NCBI RefSeq assembly: GCF_024521635.1
Contig: NW_026250403.1
Span: 2,542,001-2,606,000, forward strand
DNA from: Tricharina praecox
Taxonomy: Eukaryota
Length of the DNA stretch: 64,000 nt
Direction: 5' to 3'
The notes beneath the pieces were generated by a model, which was not told where the DNA came from, ran no database searches, and saw nothing but the letters and a program-made list of their open reading frames with translations. The first letter of the stretch is position 1. Every line of letters starts with the position of its first letter. Below, piece by piece: positions 26,201 through 40,587 of this stretch. The position numbers and the translations under genes are program-made.

Positions 26201-29200
26201 CTTGAGATTTAGTTCCAGACCTTGTTTGTCTTTCGTGACCAGCAACTTCTCCGAGTCGAACTCCGTGCCGTTTGAGTTGATAATGGCAAAATCGCTTTCG
26301 CCATACGGAGTGTCTTGCATCTCGATACTCATGAGCAGCAAATGTGAGAGCTCCACGACATGAACGGGGCTCAATCCACCCTTGCGGAGGAAATTTGTCC
26401 ATTCTTTCTGGTTGTTCTTATCGTAAATGCGGAACTTGAAGTCGTACGGCAGCAGGTTCTGGATCTCGACGGGTGCAGAAAGCCGCACCCTCATGTGCGG
26501 ATACTGACTGCTCGCAGCATTGTTCTTCTGGTAATCGGCGTGCATCTGGAAGTAGAAGGGCGGCGAATTATTTCCTTCCTCCGTCTTACACGTGATGCAA
26601 CTGGTGGGCGACCTCAGAAGGTCCCGCCAAAAGATTCGCTCCTTGGACCAGATGTACCCGAAACCAGCGTCAGGGCGAATAACAACCAACTGGTTGTATG
26701 CCGCCTCGACAGGTGCAGGCTGAGACTCGCCAGGCAGGACTTTGTAGACCTTGACGAGATGCGTGCCCCGCGCATCGAGTATGCCCATCTCGACGGGGAT
26801 TTGCGTGTTGTTTTCAATCAGGAACGGCGAGCGGAAAGTGATGTGCTTGACGCTGTCGGTACCTAATCGGACCTCGCAGAGCAATCGATGGAGAATTTCA
26901 TTCTTCGCGGGCCGTAGGGTGTAGAGTTGCTCGCCCTCACGATTAACGGAAATCTCCTTGATGCTCTCAAACGGACTATCCTCGAGCTTGATGCCAACGA
27001 TACCACTAGCTCCCTCCGGCGTCAAGTTCTCTCGCATCTTTTCCCACTCCTCGAACCTCCAGGGAGCTGTTTCGCCATCTTGCAGTTTGATCGCCATTGA
27101 AGAACTTTCCAGAGGATTGTCCGACGCTGCCCAGACGTGCAAAGGATAGCCGGTCTGGTTGTGAATACGGTACGGCGTTTCCGACCCGCGGGGCTTCGTC
27201 AGCACATCCTCGTCCTGCTGCATGAACTGCGCAGCCTTTGTGAGCAAAGCTATGGTCTGTGAAGTAACGGTAACCTCCAACATCTTCCGAGAGTACAAGT
27301 CGATCGACAATTTCTCTGGCTGCGATGTCTTCGCCATGTGGAAGCCGAGTTGCCATGGTTCGATCAACGGCTCCCAGGCGCTCTTCGAGAAGTTGTAAAT
27401 ATTCACGAAAGTCTCAATGCTCGTGTCCGCGTCCATCTGTACACTGGTTAATCCTGCTAACACCCAAATCACGCGATATCACTCACCTCCCCACTCCAGT
27501 TCTTGACTCTAGCTGTAAATTTCTTCACACTCAAATCCAACAACGGAAGTTCATGCTGATCACCAATCAGGATTACCCGCATTCCCTCAATCTCGGCCTG
27601 CAGTTCTTCCCTGCGAACCATGCTGGACGACGTGCCCGGAGTGCTCTTCTGCGGCGGTGCCGGGGTGCTGCGTGTCGTAGCCAGCGTTTTGGGTTTCCCA
27701 ACCTTCGTCGAAGCACCATATCCACTCGCGGTCCTACGCTTGAGCGAACTCAAGCCCTTGGCGTTCTTCATCTTTGTCGCCTCCTCGTCAGAGCCCGACT
27801 TCTGGGCGCCGCCGGACATTTCGCTGGCCTTGTTGAAGATTTGCACCGCCAATAGGATATCCCGAAGAGACACACGGATAACTAGCGGCTCAACTCCAAC
27901 GTGGATACTCTGGAGCGAGCTGTTACGGCCGATTGCTCGGCTGTCCATAGCGACCTTGAGGGTAAAGTCGTCCAAAATCCGGAGCCTGCTGGTGTCTGGT
28001 TTGTCCATGCGGCACAGGAACATCCCGACCTTCTCGACTTGAAGCGTCAAGGCATGTTGCTGTGACAAGAGAACTTGCTTGGTGGACAGAACGATAGCTT
28101 CTGAGTTACTGATACTGGGGTTGGCGATGAGGATGACCTGCGAGTCCACGATATTGGCGCGGAATGAGACCATAATCGCTGGAACCCGTGAATCCTTCTG
28201 TTTCGCTGGCGCGGACTGAGTCGTCGATTGAGACCGCTTTGAAGTCGCCAGGCTCGCTGGTTTGGTACTCATTGGGGTGTCAAGGGCATCAGATTCGGAA
28301 TCTTCCTCGAGTTCACTTAGGCCCTCCTCTTCAGGCAACAGTCCGGACATCACGAAGTCCCGCAATGCGAAGATATAATCGAGCGCGAAAATGATCCGCG
28401 GGCTGTCAATTGTGAGTAAAGCCACAAGGTTCCGTTCGACGCCCCCGGACAATGTAACGCTCGCCATGAATTGCGATCCCTCCTTGTGGGTCGACGACAT
28501 GATCTTCCGGAACTTGTTCGTTTCCTGTTTGCGACTATCTCTGATATTGAACGACTCGATGAGAAGTTCCGACTCGAGGGATCCATCACTAATCATCCGC
28601 AATTTCACGTTGGTACTATTGAGCGAAGCTCGGGACAGACTGGCCGACTCAAGGTCGGTTATGGCCTTGTCGGGTTCGCAAGCGAAAAGCTCCATTCCGA
28701 TGCTTCCCACCTTGAACACCAAGTCGAGTTTCGTCCATGTGTCAGGGCCTGTTCCCAGCTCCGGGTTCAAATGAACAACCTTCCCATCTCCACCGTCGTT
28801 GTCCGTCGCTCCTCCCGGTGCTCCGAGTTGTGATTTTGCGGGCTCCTTCGTTTCCTCCGGGAGTTGCTCCATAATTTCACGCTCGTCCTCCGGATCACCG
28901 GCGAACACACCCGGAATGGACCGCGATAGCTCGAGCAGAAACTTGTACTGATTCTGCGTCAACTTGAGGTTGAGATCTGACATGGAGCCCTCGATCTCGA
29001 TATCGGGCCTAGTAGCATTCTCAATATGTTCAAGATACGTCACGGCAAAGGTAAGATCCAGCTGATCGAGCAGCTCCAATTCCTCAACCCGACCTCCCTC
29101 ATAGTGGAATTCACTCGTAAGTCTCGTCTTCCGGATACCAGCCGAGATCTTGTTCGCAACAACCGAGTTTTCCGTGTCATCTAATTGCGCGAATGTATTC

Positions 29201-32200
29201 TGGGCGTAAAGCTCTCCGAGATATGCTGTCATAAGGTCTCCCTTGGATGTACTGCTGCCAACCTTGGGGAAGACAACAATGGGCGTGCGCATCAAGATGT
29301 CGAAATGTATCTTGTCCGCGTTCTCTTGGATCTGGTTCGCCTGATTCATTGCGGCCTGTCGTGCTGCATTGAAAAGCGCCTGCATTCGGCCGAACTTCAC
29401 GGCGAAATCGATGATCTTCCGGAAAGGCTCTTCGACAAAATTGACCTTGATTGATCCGGACCGCAAGAATATCGAAGAGTTGTAGCCTGGGTACGAGCCC
29501 TTCGCCTCTGGATCGAATGTCTCATACCGGAAGTCGGCGAGTTCATCCCCTTGGATACTGACTAGTTGCCGGAAAGGAGAGTTCTCATCGGCACCCTCAT
29601 TGATATCGTCAATCAAGGAGAAGTTTCCGAGACGACCACCAATTCGGAGAGTTTTGCCCATCACGAAGATCCCTAAGTCGGCACTGTCTAGACTGAGAGT
29701 TGCTAGTCGGATTCCGTCGTTGTTCAGGATGAGTGCGATGCTGTCGAGATCGACCTTCACCCGAATCTTTTGTTCTTGCGCCACTGGCAGCACTGGTACT
29801 GGCTCGACCTCTGCCTCTTCGCCACCCTCGATGGCTTTCCGTGGTGGTTGAGCTGGTGCATCGGGGTTCGTGAACGTCGTGATGACGAAATCCAGGAGAG
29901 TCAAAACGGTTTTCCGCGTGACTACAACATCGATAGTCGAGATTTGCACATCGATATGCTTGTCGATGGCCTCATATACCGACATGAACTCCGGGGATTC
30001 CTGCTTAACCTGGATGTACTTGACAAAGAAGAGCGGGCTTTCACTGCTCTTCGTCAAGCCGTCCGATGTAACGATCCGTTTGAAATCAGGAGATGGGTCT
30101 TCGTCCACAAGGTCCTCAACGTTCAACGACTTCAGGACCACAACGGCTGACAAGTCGTATGGCCGGATGCAAAGTTCGAACTCAAAGTGTTCAGCGACGA
30201 GAGATACTAGCTCCTTGTCTGGCTTGATTCCGTCGGGATCGGCCCTGAACAATGAGCCCTGCAGTCGATCAACGGTAAACCTCAGCTCAAAGTTCTTTTG
30301 GTGGAAGGTTGGGGCGTTTGTCGGATTCCCATCGAGGGCCTCTTCGAACTTCTCCTCATCGTCGCCTTCATCATCTGTGTCTTCCTCCAGTATCAATTCT
30401 TGCTGCTGTGCGGAGAACTGGAAGGCAGAGGCCCGGCGTAGGTCCGCGTAAGTGGAATTATCCTTGCTGGGCAGCACCTTCTTGTCGGTATGCTGTTGGA
30501 CCTTCAGAGGCTCATCGCCGTCCAGGTTGGGAATGGCCATGTCAATGATCCTCATCATTGCCTTGTACTTTGTATCCGACATCGCCGCCTGAAGAACAGG
30601 CAGATGACCGGTCATCTTGAACTTGGTGAGGTTGGGGGCCTTCGGCAAGATGGATATCTCCAAAATGAAGTCGATATTGATCCGGTCAACAATATGGAAC
30701 TGTTTCTGGTCTGAACCACGATGCAGCTGAGCGACTGTTTCTTCCATCGAAGGGCCAATAAGAACCTGAAAAAATTAGCGTAAATCTCAAAAACTTTTGG
30801 TGCTCCAGGAAATTACCTGTGTCGATTCTAACGTGAGCCTAAACTTGTCGTACATCAGGGATTCCAACTGCTTCCAATCCTGCTCACTGTACCGCTGATT
30901 CTGCTTGGATTGAATCTCGCCGATATCGGTTCTCGACACCAAATCACTTGAAAGGGCGACGTGACCGGCATCGAGAATAAGGCAATTGGTATTCTTCTCC
31001 GTACAGCTTTCCGGAATGATGATAAGAGGCGCCTGGAGATCCAGTTTTGCATTGACAGTCTTGTGTTCTTCGAGAGCAAACTCAAGACCCGCCCTAGTTT
31101 GCTGTCTGAGACCTTCTACCGTCGCACCGGCAGACTCCATCAGAGCTCCAATACTCTCCATGTGCCGCTCCGGCGGTTTGAAGAATTTGTAAATCTCCTC
31201 GATGAATTTCGGATTGTAGATGATCTCCATACTCCTCATCTGGACGGTTACCGCCGAGTCTGCACTCTCATCGAGCGGGTTCTGCTCGAAGCTTGCGCGG
31301 AAGAAGGGAGTAAGGGGGTCTGCCTCGTTCTGAACGTCTTTCTCTTCGTCATCTTCGCCTAGTTCCTCGATACGGCCGGCTTCTACCGGGGGAACCACGT
31401 TCTTGACACGTATAATCTGTGGATAGAGCGTTCCCTCGGTGGTGCCATCGTACAACCGGAGGCCACCAAGGCTGAGTTCTCCAAAGAGTGAATCCGGCCG
31501 CTGCAACACTCTAGCCTTGAATGTGTCGAAGAGCAAGGACAATATCTCCTTGCTGCTACCATGCGGATCCCTCTTCAGCGTAAAACTACCCGTCTTGAGG
31601 CTTGCTTGTACCTCCATCTTCACCGTCTCCCTCGGTAAATCGATGGCTTCCGTGATGGTTTTATGCTCGTCCCACTCAATAGCCTCGTACAGCTCTTTCC
31701 GTTGCTGCTCCGTCATAAGTGAATCGTCCTCTTCCTCCTTTGGCTGGCTGGTAACGAACGACGATAGGTAGGATCCCCATCCTTGCTGTTTCTTTTGGAC
31801 TGCTGCCTTTGGTACGAGTGTACGCTCTTTTCGCATCTGGTTCCTCGCGAGGGATCGATAGAAGCGTAGATCCTCATACGAGAGTTTTCTCTCCAGTTTG
31901 GTGATCTCCTCGACTTCCTCCTCCGGCGGGGGGTCTTGCCGCTTGATATGCTTGAACAAGTCGATGTATCGTTTCCTGTCATCCCGGCGCTCCTTGAAGT
32001 ATTCCCACGACCATTTCCGATTTTTCTCATGGATCTGGCTGAGGACCGCATCCGTCGCGAACTTCAACCAAGCCCTTGGATCCTCCTTGGGAGAAACACC
32101 CTTGGGCTGGTACTTTTTGTATTGTTGGTGACGGATATAGAAGTGGAACAAGTCTACCATCATCAAGAGGTCGCGATACTGGTCCTCATCGAGTACGAAA

Positions 32201-33306
32201 CCAATTTCGTCGAATAGCAACTGACTCTTCACTCGTGGACGATCGTTGTTATTCGTCTTGTTCATCTCGATTCGGCCAATGCCATTGACAGGCTTGAGGA
32301 CGAACTGGTGATTCTTCGCGATATTCTCCCTCTCGCCACCCGCTATCAGTCCCTTGAACGCCTCTACCACCTCTTGATGAGGCTTTCCACTGAGATGCTC
32401 CGAGTCTGTGTTCCAGTATATTGCCAATGAGCCCAGCTTCGCAAGCTTGTGCGATATCTCGACGTGGCCCTGGATGAAGTCCGGCTCCCATCTCTCGTTC
32501 GTGGAAACGGCCGAGAATTCCTCAAGTGTGAACCCTAGCGAGAAGGGGTGGCCGGGGGTGCTTATTGAGTCTTCATAGCGGATATGAATGTTCTTCACAG
32601 TGATTTGAAGGTTGTCCAATATCTATTCCGTGTCAATACTGCGTCACCATAATCCCACTAGAAGCTGCTATCCTAACCTTCGTCGTCAGACTCGCCGCAA
32701 AGCTCTGGTTCTTCTGTTCTTCCTCCGCGGTCATGCCGGCGCCGCTGCGCTCCTGTAGTAGCTCCGCATTCTGCAGCTTCTCCATCTTGAGCCTCTGCAC
32801 CCTCTGTTCCTCTTCCTCCTCGTTATACTCCTGATCTGACCGCGGCGCAGCAAGCAAGAACACGTCCTCGATGATGACCTTGACCGGCTTCCCTTTCAGA
32901 TTACTCCACGGAATTTGTAGCGTCAGTTGCCCAAGATGCCCTTCGAGAACGTTGAGCGGGAGCTTCATCTGATCAAGCGCCTCTTTCTTGAGCTCCAGAT
33001 TCCTGAGTTTTACATCTCCGCTGCGCACCTTTAGCCGCCTATTCCCCCCTTCTACCTTACAACTGTAACCGGACCGGGAGAAACACACCTCCATATTCCA
33101 ACATTGAGCTGTGTTCCGTCAAAGTTCTTGATGTACCTGCGCCGTCCATTAGCTTTCCTATACCACGTCTGTGCCTCAACCTTCGCTTTCAACTCACATC
33201 CCCAGGAATCGGTTCATTATCGAAGCAATCTATCCGCATCACCGTTAACCGCGATCCCCCTTCCGCCGCCACCAAGAACAGGGCGACAAACCAGTCCTTC
33301 CAACAT
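23252..33306 (-). CDS. VPS13: Vacuolar protein sorting 13, bridge-like lipid transfer protein, multi-exon (>3000 aa)
   Basis: Spliced chorein N-terminus MLEGL|IASIMNRFLGM|YIKNFDGTQLNVGIWS|GDVKLRNLEL, IPWSNLKGKPV, WEPLIEPW, ILGSADFLGNPVGLF, ARKPLEGAEREG and a C-terminal PH-like segment. Confidence 0.97.
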
Positions 33307-34266
33307 CGTGGCGGTAGTTTTGTGCTCTCTCTTGCAGCGTGCGTCGTGTGTGGTATCGTATCGTCAGTCGTGAATCGTGCGCGTGCGGGTCGTTTATGCA
33401 AGCGTGAGCGTTAGAAGAGGCGTCGTCGTCGTCGTGCTCGTCGTCGGGAGCTGGTCCATTAAGGCCCGTAGGTAGTAAGTTTGTCTTGATTCGCGGGGGG
33501 CTCGGACAGTGGTGCTGCTGGGTGTGAGGATGACGTATGATGCGGTTCGGTTCGATTCGCGGGGTTGCTTGTGCCGGGCTCGTGCTTGTGGAACGTAGCA
33601 CTTCCAGCCACCGAGCACAAAAAACCAGTAATCGCGCCGGCAAATATGTGAGCAATTCAGGGAGATGAGGAGAGATCAAAGGCCTGATTTGAAAGACTCG
33701 TTTCAAAGACGTCCTCACGTCTGTAGGACATCACGCCAGGCCGCAGCAAACTGGTTATTCGGCTGTAACGTGGCCGGCACATGTTCTTCGGCTGTGGTTA
33801 GCGTGGCCGGCACGTGTTCTATGGGCCGATAGAAGTGCTACCCCCGCACAACTTCACCTCATTTTCCTATATACCGGTGCGGTACATAGCGAGTCTTCAA
33901 CAAATTCATGACGGCCTGAAATTTCATGCCGCTAGCTTCCTTTTCGGTAACTGTGGAACAGTGTAAATGTATTTTCACATATCTGGACAGGTTCTGAATG
34001 ATATGAAAGTGCAGTACCCTTCGAATTCACGGAGCTCGACGAGGCTTTATTCGTTCCCGCAAAGAATCATAGCCTCTGCACTTCCAGCATCAAGTTAAAA
34101 CAAGAACATTATCGGCAATTTCCTCAACATGAATGTAGGAAACAGAAAAAAAGATCGCAGTGCAAATATCCCTCCAGCGAGCAACAAGCATCAAGCAGCT
34201 GAAATATCAATCAAATCCAGAAACAGTGGCAGTCAAATGGAGTAAAAAAAAACAAGAATACGTCGC

Positions 34267-37200
34267 TCAAACTACCTCAACGCAGTCACCGAGAAAATCT
34301 AGAAGTCCCGAGATATCCTCGTGGTCATGCTCATGCCCCTGCTCATGCTCCTCCTCCACCTCGTCTTTTTGCGATACGGAGAGACGGTCCCTCTTCTCCA
34401 GAGGAACAGTATCAATTTCAACTTGCTCTATGGGCACAGTAACTATGTGGCAATCAGTAAAGCCAGGAATTTCAGGTAGAGAATCCGACCTACATGCTAA
34501 CCCTTCGTCCTCTTTACCCCAGAACTCCTGAGAATCATCTTCCTCCAGGTTAAACCAGAAGTCATGATTCTTCTCGGGCTTGTTCTCCTCCTGCTGTCCG
34601 GGGGTAGTCTTTTTGAAAGTATTCTCCTTGTCGCTCGTAAGATCACTACGGGGTTTCTTCCTTGGGAGGTCTTCGGGCGGAGGTAAACCCCCGATTCCGA
34701 ACTCCAAATAATCTTCAGACTCACTTTCTGAGTCGGACCAACCTTCCTCAAAGAGGGGCTCTTCAGCAACAGCGGGCAGCTTCCTTGTCACGATGGACTC
34801 CGAGGGGTGCACAGTTTTCTTCTTCTTTTGGATATGCTCCTGTGGCGGTGCGTCATCCAGATCGGTTCCATCTATCACGCGTTGGGGCTTATTAACTGCC
34901 GTGAAGGAAGGAAATGAGTATGATTTAGGGCCGGAATGCAAGAAATATGGTTCCTCCTTGGGCAACGTGGTTTTCTCATGGAGGCGGCGAAGTTTTGCCG
35001 GTTCGGCCAATGGCTTTTCATCGGTCAAGTCAACGATTTCGACGTTGCCCTTCCGAAGTAGCTGTTCCAGCGATCCAGTTTTAAAGGGACGTTTGGCCGA
35101 AGCTTTTAAAACCGCTTTTGATATTCCGGAATCAGCGTTTTCGGGCTTTGTTTGCTTGGGCTGAGGCTTGAGTTCAGCCAACTCGTCATTTTTCTGGAGG
35201 GTGGAAATTTTTCGCTTTTGTATCTTTGGTTGTTTGTCGAGACCCTCTCGGCAACACATGTGCTTACATCTGCCAAAATATCAGCGCCAAAACTTTGCAA
35301 CGACTGGTATCCAACTTACTTGGTTTTATCCGCGCATTTATGGCGGCACTCCCACTTGCCGTTGGGAAGTTGAATGGGTTCCGGAGCAGTCGTTTCCATT
35401 TCGATAGGTTCCTCCTTCTCCTGCAAATAATCTGCTGTAGCAGTATTCATCGCGTTTCGTTCGTGGAGAGTGTTAGTCTTCCTACACTGATTAGTGAAGT
35501 TGCATATGTCAAATTCGAGATCATCGAAGATGTCAGCATCCCCATATTCATCATCGGAAAGTAGAATCGGGTCTGCCGTGGGTGAGGTGAGCTTCTCCTT
35601 TATGGGCGTGTTCTTTGGTTTGGGAAACAGCGACGGATCGATATCAAACTTTAGCTCAGAGCTCTTCCAAGTTCCAGCTGCACCGTGACTGTTAGTTGAG
35701 CTTGGAGACCACAAGAAAGGGCATTACCGAGTTTTTCACACGCCGCATGGCAGCGTAAGAACTGACCAGGGGACTCCAGTGGAAGTGAGAATCTAAAGGT
35801 TTTCCCATCTGCCAATGATTGAGCGCTATGATAAAGTTAGTTCGAGTCTTTCAGAATCAAAAATTATTAAGGATGGCGTACAAAATTCTATGAACCTCAA
35901 CGAGAAACCCATCTGACCTCTCGGCCAAGAAGATAACCGGTACATCCGGAGTACGAGTGCGTCCGCCGCAGACGGCATCTGGGTTTTCCAGTCCCATTTC
36001 CGCCATAATCTTGAGCATCGGAGGATCACCTTTGCTCCTCTTGAATCGGTCATCAATGAATGCCGCAACAAACCTGTGGGAGAGGAACTTACTTTCTGCA
36101 TTTCAACCAGCCGCGCAGAAACCTTGAGATTAGGTATCCTCTTCACCTGTTCGAGAAGCTTGGTTCCATAGGGGGGATTCCTCGAAAGTATGGTTTCGAT
36201 CTGGTGGGCTTCCAGGGTTGCCAACTTCCGAATGCTGCGCACATCGGCATTCACAAACCTTCTGACCATACCCGCACCAATACCAGACAACTGGCGGAGT
36301 TCACTAGCAGTATTCTCCCATACCCTTCCCTGCATGCAACGAGCCAGTTTTAGGGCACTCAAAACAGCCGTGGCGTCCTTCAGTCCCTCTTGACAGTCTA
36401 TGAGGCATCGCAGGATGCGTACAGAGTGCTTGAAAACCATGTTTTTGTCCTGTGTCATGTTCGTCTTCATTCTCTGGAAGTTCTGATCCCCGGGGAATTC
36501 CAGAAGCCCAAGCTCAAACTATGATGGTCAGGCACTACTTTCTGGCCAAACGAGTGAGATGTATGACTTACCTGGATGAGGATGGCCACTTTGTGGGCTG
36601 ACGAGGAGATATCCTCTTTCACTGGAAACTTGATACCGAGATTCTTATTGATCTCTTTGTAAAGACCTTTCTCGCCGGCTCGCAGCCTAACCTCCTTGAA
36701 TTCTTCGGCTTGGGAGAGCACCTTGAGCTATAGTGCCATTAGTAGGATGCAGTGTATGGTTGAAGACGGGACAGTTACTACGTCCGGGAGTGAAGCTTTC
36801 GGAGACATCCGGAGGATAGACTGCATGGTTCCCATCTTGACATAGTATCGGGCCATAGCGTCCCCATTTTTTGTGAGTGTGAGCTTCCCATCATTATCCG
36901 TTACCATACCTTCATCTACCAGATTTCTAATTTCCCTCTCGCAGATCTCGTCTAGTCGCTGCTCCGAGTTATTGGCTTGCGTTTGACCGTCAAGTTTGTA
37001 GAAACGCGGGTTTTTTTGAAGACGGACATTCAAGAATGTCGATTTAAGCCACTGCTTAGCCGTGTCCATGTCTGTGATCGTGGTGAGACCAATTTCCGCG
37101 TTCTACCCTATGCGTCAGTATGCATATACCACGGGAATCCCATGGAAGACAAACCATATTCTCCACAAAGTTCAGGTGTAATCTTTGCCGAAGTCAGCTT

Positions 37201-39501
37201 CCATTCACGATCCTCTCACGCAAACGTACCTGCTCTCGAGTATCTCAGCTCCCTCACGCATCTTCTCGTAACGATCTCTCTTCTCTTTTGCAGTCAAGAT
37301 GACAGCAACACCGGTTTTGTCGAACTGAGGACGACCGGCTCTACCCAGCATCTGCATGATCTCCAGGTCCACGTATTCCTTAACCCCGCTCTCGGACCAG
37401 CAGACCGTATTCTTTATGACGACTAAATGGGCTGGCAAGTTGACTCCAACTGCTAAAGTCGAGGTGCAGCAGATTACGCTGAGTTCACCGTCGAGATACA
37501 TAGTCTCCACCAGAGTTCTGTCTGCTGCATTTATGCCAGCATGATGGAATGCGACGCCGCACTCAGCAACAGACTGCAGGTCTCTGTCCCCAAAGGTGAA
37601 TTTCTTCTTCGGAGCTCTCCAGGGCTGCTGTCTGTTGTTCCATTCTTTCCACTTCCCTGCGAGTAGCTTCGCGGTCGATACGCATATCGCCCTAGTCATG
37701 CAGAAAACCATCGTAGGTTTTCCAGCTGAATGTTTTTGGACAAGATCCGGGAGCCTACAATCAAACCATCAGCTAATAGCCTTCCACAATCACGAGGTGG
37801 CAACTCACGACTTGTCGAGCACTCTATCAAACTGAAAATCGTTTCCCGGGTAGTTAAAACCGTAAACATGCTTCTCCAGCTGAACAGGACGAAACTCTGG
37901 CCCGAACGTTTCACGATGGGCTGGTTCGTCCGGTGCTAGAGAGTTCCTGCCCAACCATGTACAGATATCATCAGAATTAGGAACCGTGGCACTCAATGCG
38001 ACGAAACGGACATCGGAGCCGATGGATTTCATCCTTTTGGTGGTCAGCTTCCAGACTCACAACAATGGTTGGAATTACTCACCTAGATACCACCACTTCA
38101 AGTGTTGCGCCACGTGTTTCCTTCAGGACATGAACCTCATCGATCAGGAACAGCCGTACCATGTCCAGCAATCTGCGGTGGTCCCCCCATCTACGGGTCA
38201 TACTGTCCCACTTTTCTGGAGTAGTGACGATCACATCGCCGTTGCGCACGCTTGAGAGCTGTGCTTGGTCAGTATCCCCCGTCAGTTCCACAACCCCGAG
38301 GCTCAGGTGGCAGAATTTTTTCTCCCAGTCTAAGATAGTCAGCATCTTTTACTTATAATGAAAGATATTCAGCCCTTACCTCTCTTCCGTTCCGCACACA
38401 GTGCCTTCGTTGGCGCCTGGTAAACCACCTTGTATGTGCTAGGCTTGAAATCCCGGGAGAGAGCACATATCGCGAGCTCCATGATTGCGGTCTTTCCCGC
38501 TCCAGTAGGCGCAGCAACTACAATGTTGTCACTGGACTCGTATACCGAGTCAAAACACTTCGACTGCACAGCGTTGAAGAGCGGAAACGGGAAGACCGAG
38601 CGATGGAGTTCCGGCAGACGGTCCACTGGAACGAGTCGAATCCCATGGACAGTCGGAACTAAACTCTTGGGGTTGACTGCGACTCTCTCGGGCTCATGTA
38701 GACCCATTATCCGCTGCTGTGGAGACCTAAACTTCTCCACCTGGCCATCATTGAAAGCCTTCCTAGCGTCATGCCTTGACGCACTCATGATCGGTATAAA
38801 GGGCCTCGATGTTCCCTTCTGGGCCCGTATCGGACTGGAGCTGGAAATCGGATCACTATCATTTCCTGGCGTCTCTGGCGCCCTGTGTCCTGGGTTGAAC
38901 CGAAATCGTTCTGGGCCGCTCATGTCAGCAGAGAATAGTCCCACGTATCCTGGAAGGAACCCACCAAGCGTGTTGCGCGGAGTCTGGGGCGCCTGGATTT
39001 GCGAATCATAGCCATGACCGGTACTTTCTCTTCCGAAGTGGTTGGAATACGATTGTCTATCGAGTGATTGCGACGGTGGCGGTGTGGACCCTGAATGATA
39101 CAGCAAGTGGTTAGCAAGTGTTACTCAATGAATTCAGCAGCAACGTAAGTTCACTAACTATGATCGAAATCGAAGTCTGAATGACGATCTAGCTCGTATC
39201 CTCCTTGCGAACTATTGGGGTTGCGATATGGTTCTGTGCCAGCGCCAGTGCGCCAATTGAATTTCGCCGGGCGGGATCTTGGAAGGTTGAATTCCTCTCC
39301 GCTGTCAATGTCGTATCCGTTGTAGTCGCTCACGGCAGATCCAGATCTGTGCAGACTCACGCGCCTCGGGCTCTGGGTCTGCTCGCCGCATCCGTAGAAG
39401 TTGGAGCCCCTCGGAATCTCGGGCGCATTGTATGTAGTGGGATTACTAGCACTGAAGTCGAAGCGTAACGCCTCTTGGAGCTCGTCCACGATGTCTGGCA
39501 T
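34267..39501 (-). CDS. MER3: Meiotic Ski2-like DNA helicase Mer3/HFM1 with Sec63 domain, many exons
   Basis: FNAVQSKCF, APTGAGKT, QAPTKALCAER, TTPEKWDSMTR, IDEVH, ALSATVPN, TSTLAVGVNLPAHLV, QMLGRAGRPQFD, and C-terminal LPNGKWECRHKCADKT...CCREG. Confidence 0.92.
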
Positions 39502-39889
39502 TTTTCAAGACTGGCAATGTAGATGAGTGTTTTTTAATAGAAATATTTTTTGCTATTGCTACTATTGCTGGAGGCAGCAATAGGTGAAGGCTGCGAGGAA
39601 TGTAGCTAGGTGGTGGGGTGGTGGGGTGGTGGGAAGGTGGGGTGGTGGGGTGGTGGGGTGATGGGGTGATGGAGGAGGCAGAGTGACAGAAAGGGAAGAG
39701 TAGCGGCACCGAGTGAGGGAGGAAGAGCATCAAAGAAGAGGACGAGTGAATCGACGAGGAAGACGACAGAAACAAAGCCCTTTTTCGGGGATACAAATTG
39801 AATCAAAGAGAGTGAATTGCGAAATCGAGTCAGTAAGAATGAAAACGTGCATGGTATAATACCGAGTCCAGCTGCCCCATTCCCGATTC

Positions 39890-40587
39890 TCAATCCTCTT
39901 TTCCATCTATCTCACCATCCACAGCCCCACCATTCTGCAGTCCCCTACGCTTTCTCCACGCCAACACTCCCCGATCAAAGACACTATGACTAACCCCCTT
40001 TGGCACCAGGACCATCAAGACGCCCAACTCTCTGTCGACCTCCCTATTCCTACTCTCATCGTCAAAGAACAGCATTTCCTCATACGCCAGTCCCGTCTTC
40101 CCGTGCAAACTCTTAAAATGCTTCACCTTGCTCCCGGGATAAATCTCAAACTCGTCGAAATACTCTATCGCCCGCGTCTTCTCTCCGCCGGTATGAGCGG
40201 GGTCGAGATGCAGGAGTGATAACATCTCGCGCGCGAGATCCGGTGCGTGGGTGCGAGACGCGGCCGCGATCTTGATTCCTTTCTTACGCAGCTGGTAAAG
40301 GAGCGCTGGGATATCGGGATAGAAGCTCCAGCTGTCCTTGTAACGGTCTTGGACAGCGTTGTAGAATCCCATCGCTTTGAGGGGGGGAGTGACATGCGTG
40401 TCTACCCAGAATGGCCTGTGGAGGGGTTAACTCGATTTGAAGATGTGAGATTTCATGATGCGGGGTATTACCAGAGGGTGTAGTCCAGGTCAAAGGCCAC
40501 GAGCTTGGGCAGGGGCCCACCGTCTTGGAGAGTCGACGGGAACGCGATGTCGGAGCCACTGGGTGATACTTTCACTTTCTTCGGCAT
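39890..40587 (-). CDS. Magnesium-dependent phosphatase 1 (HAD family), 2 exons
   Basis: FDLDYTLW|PFWVDTH, AASRT, EIYPGSKVKHF and MLFFDDESRN. Confidence 0.9.
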
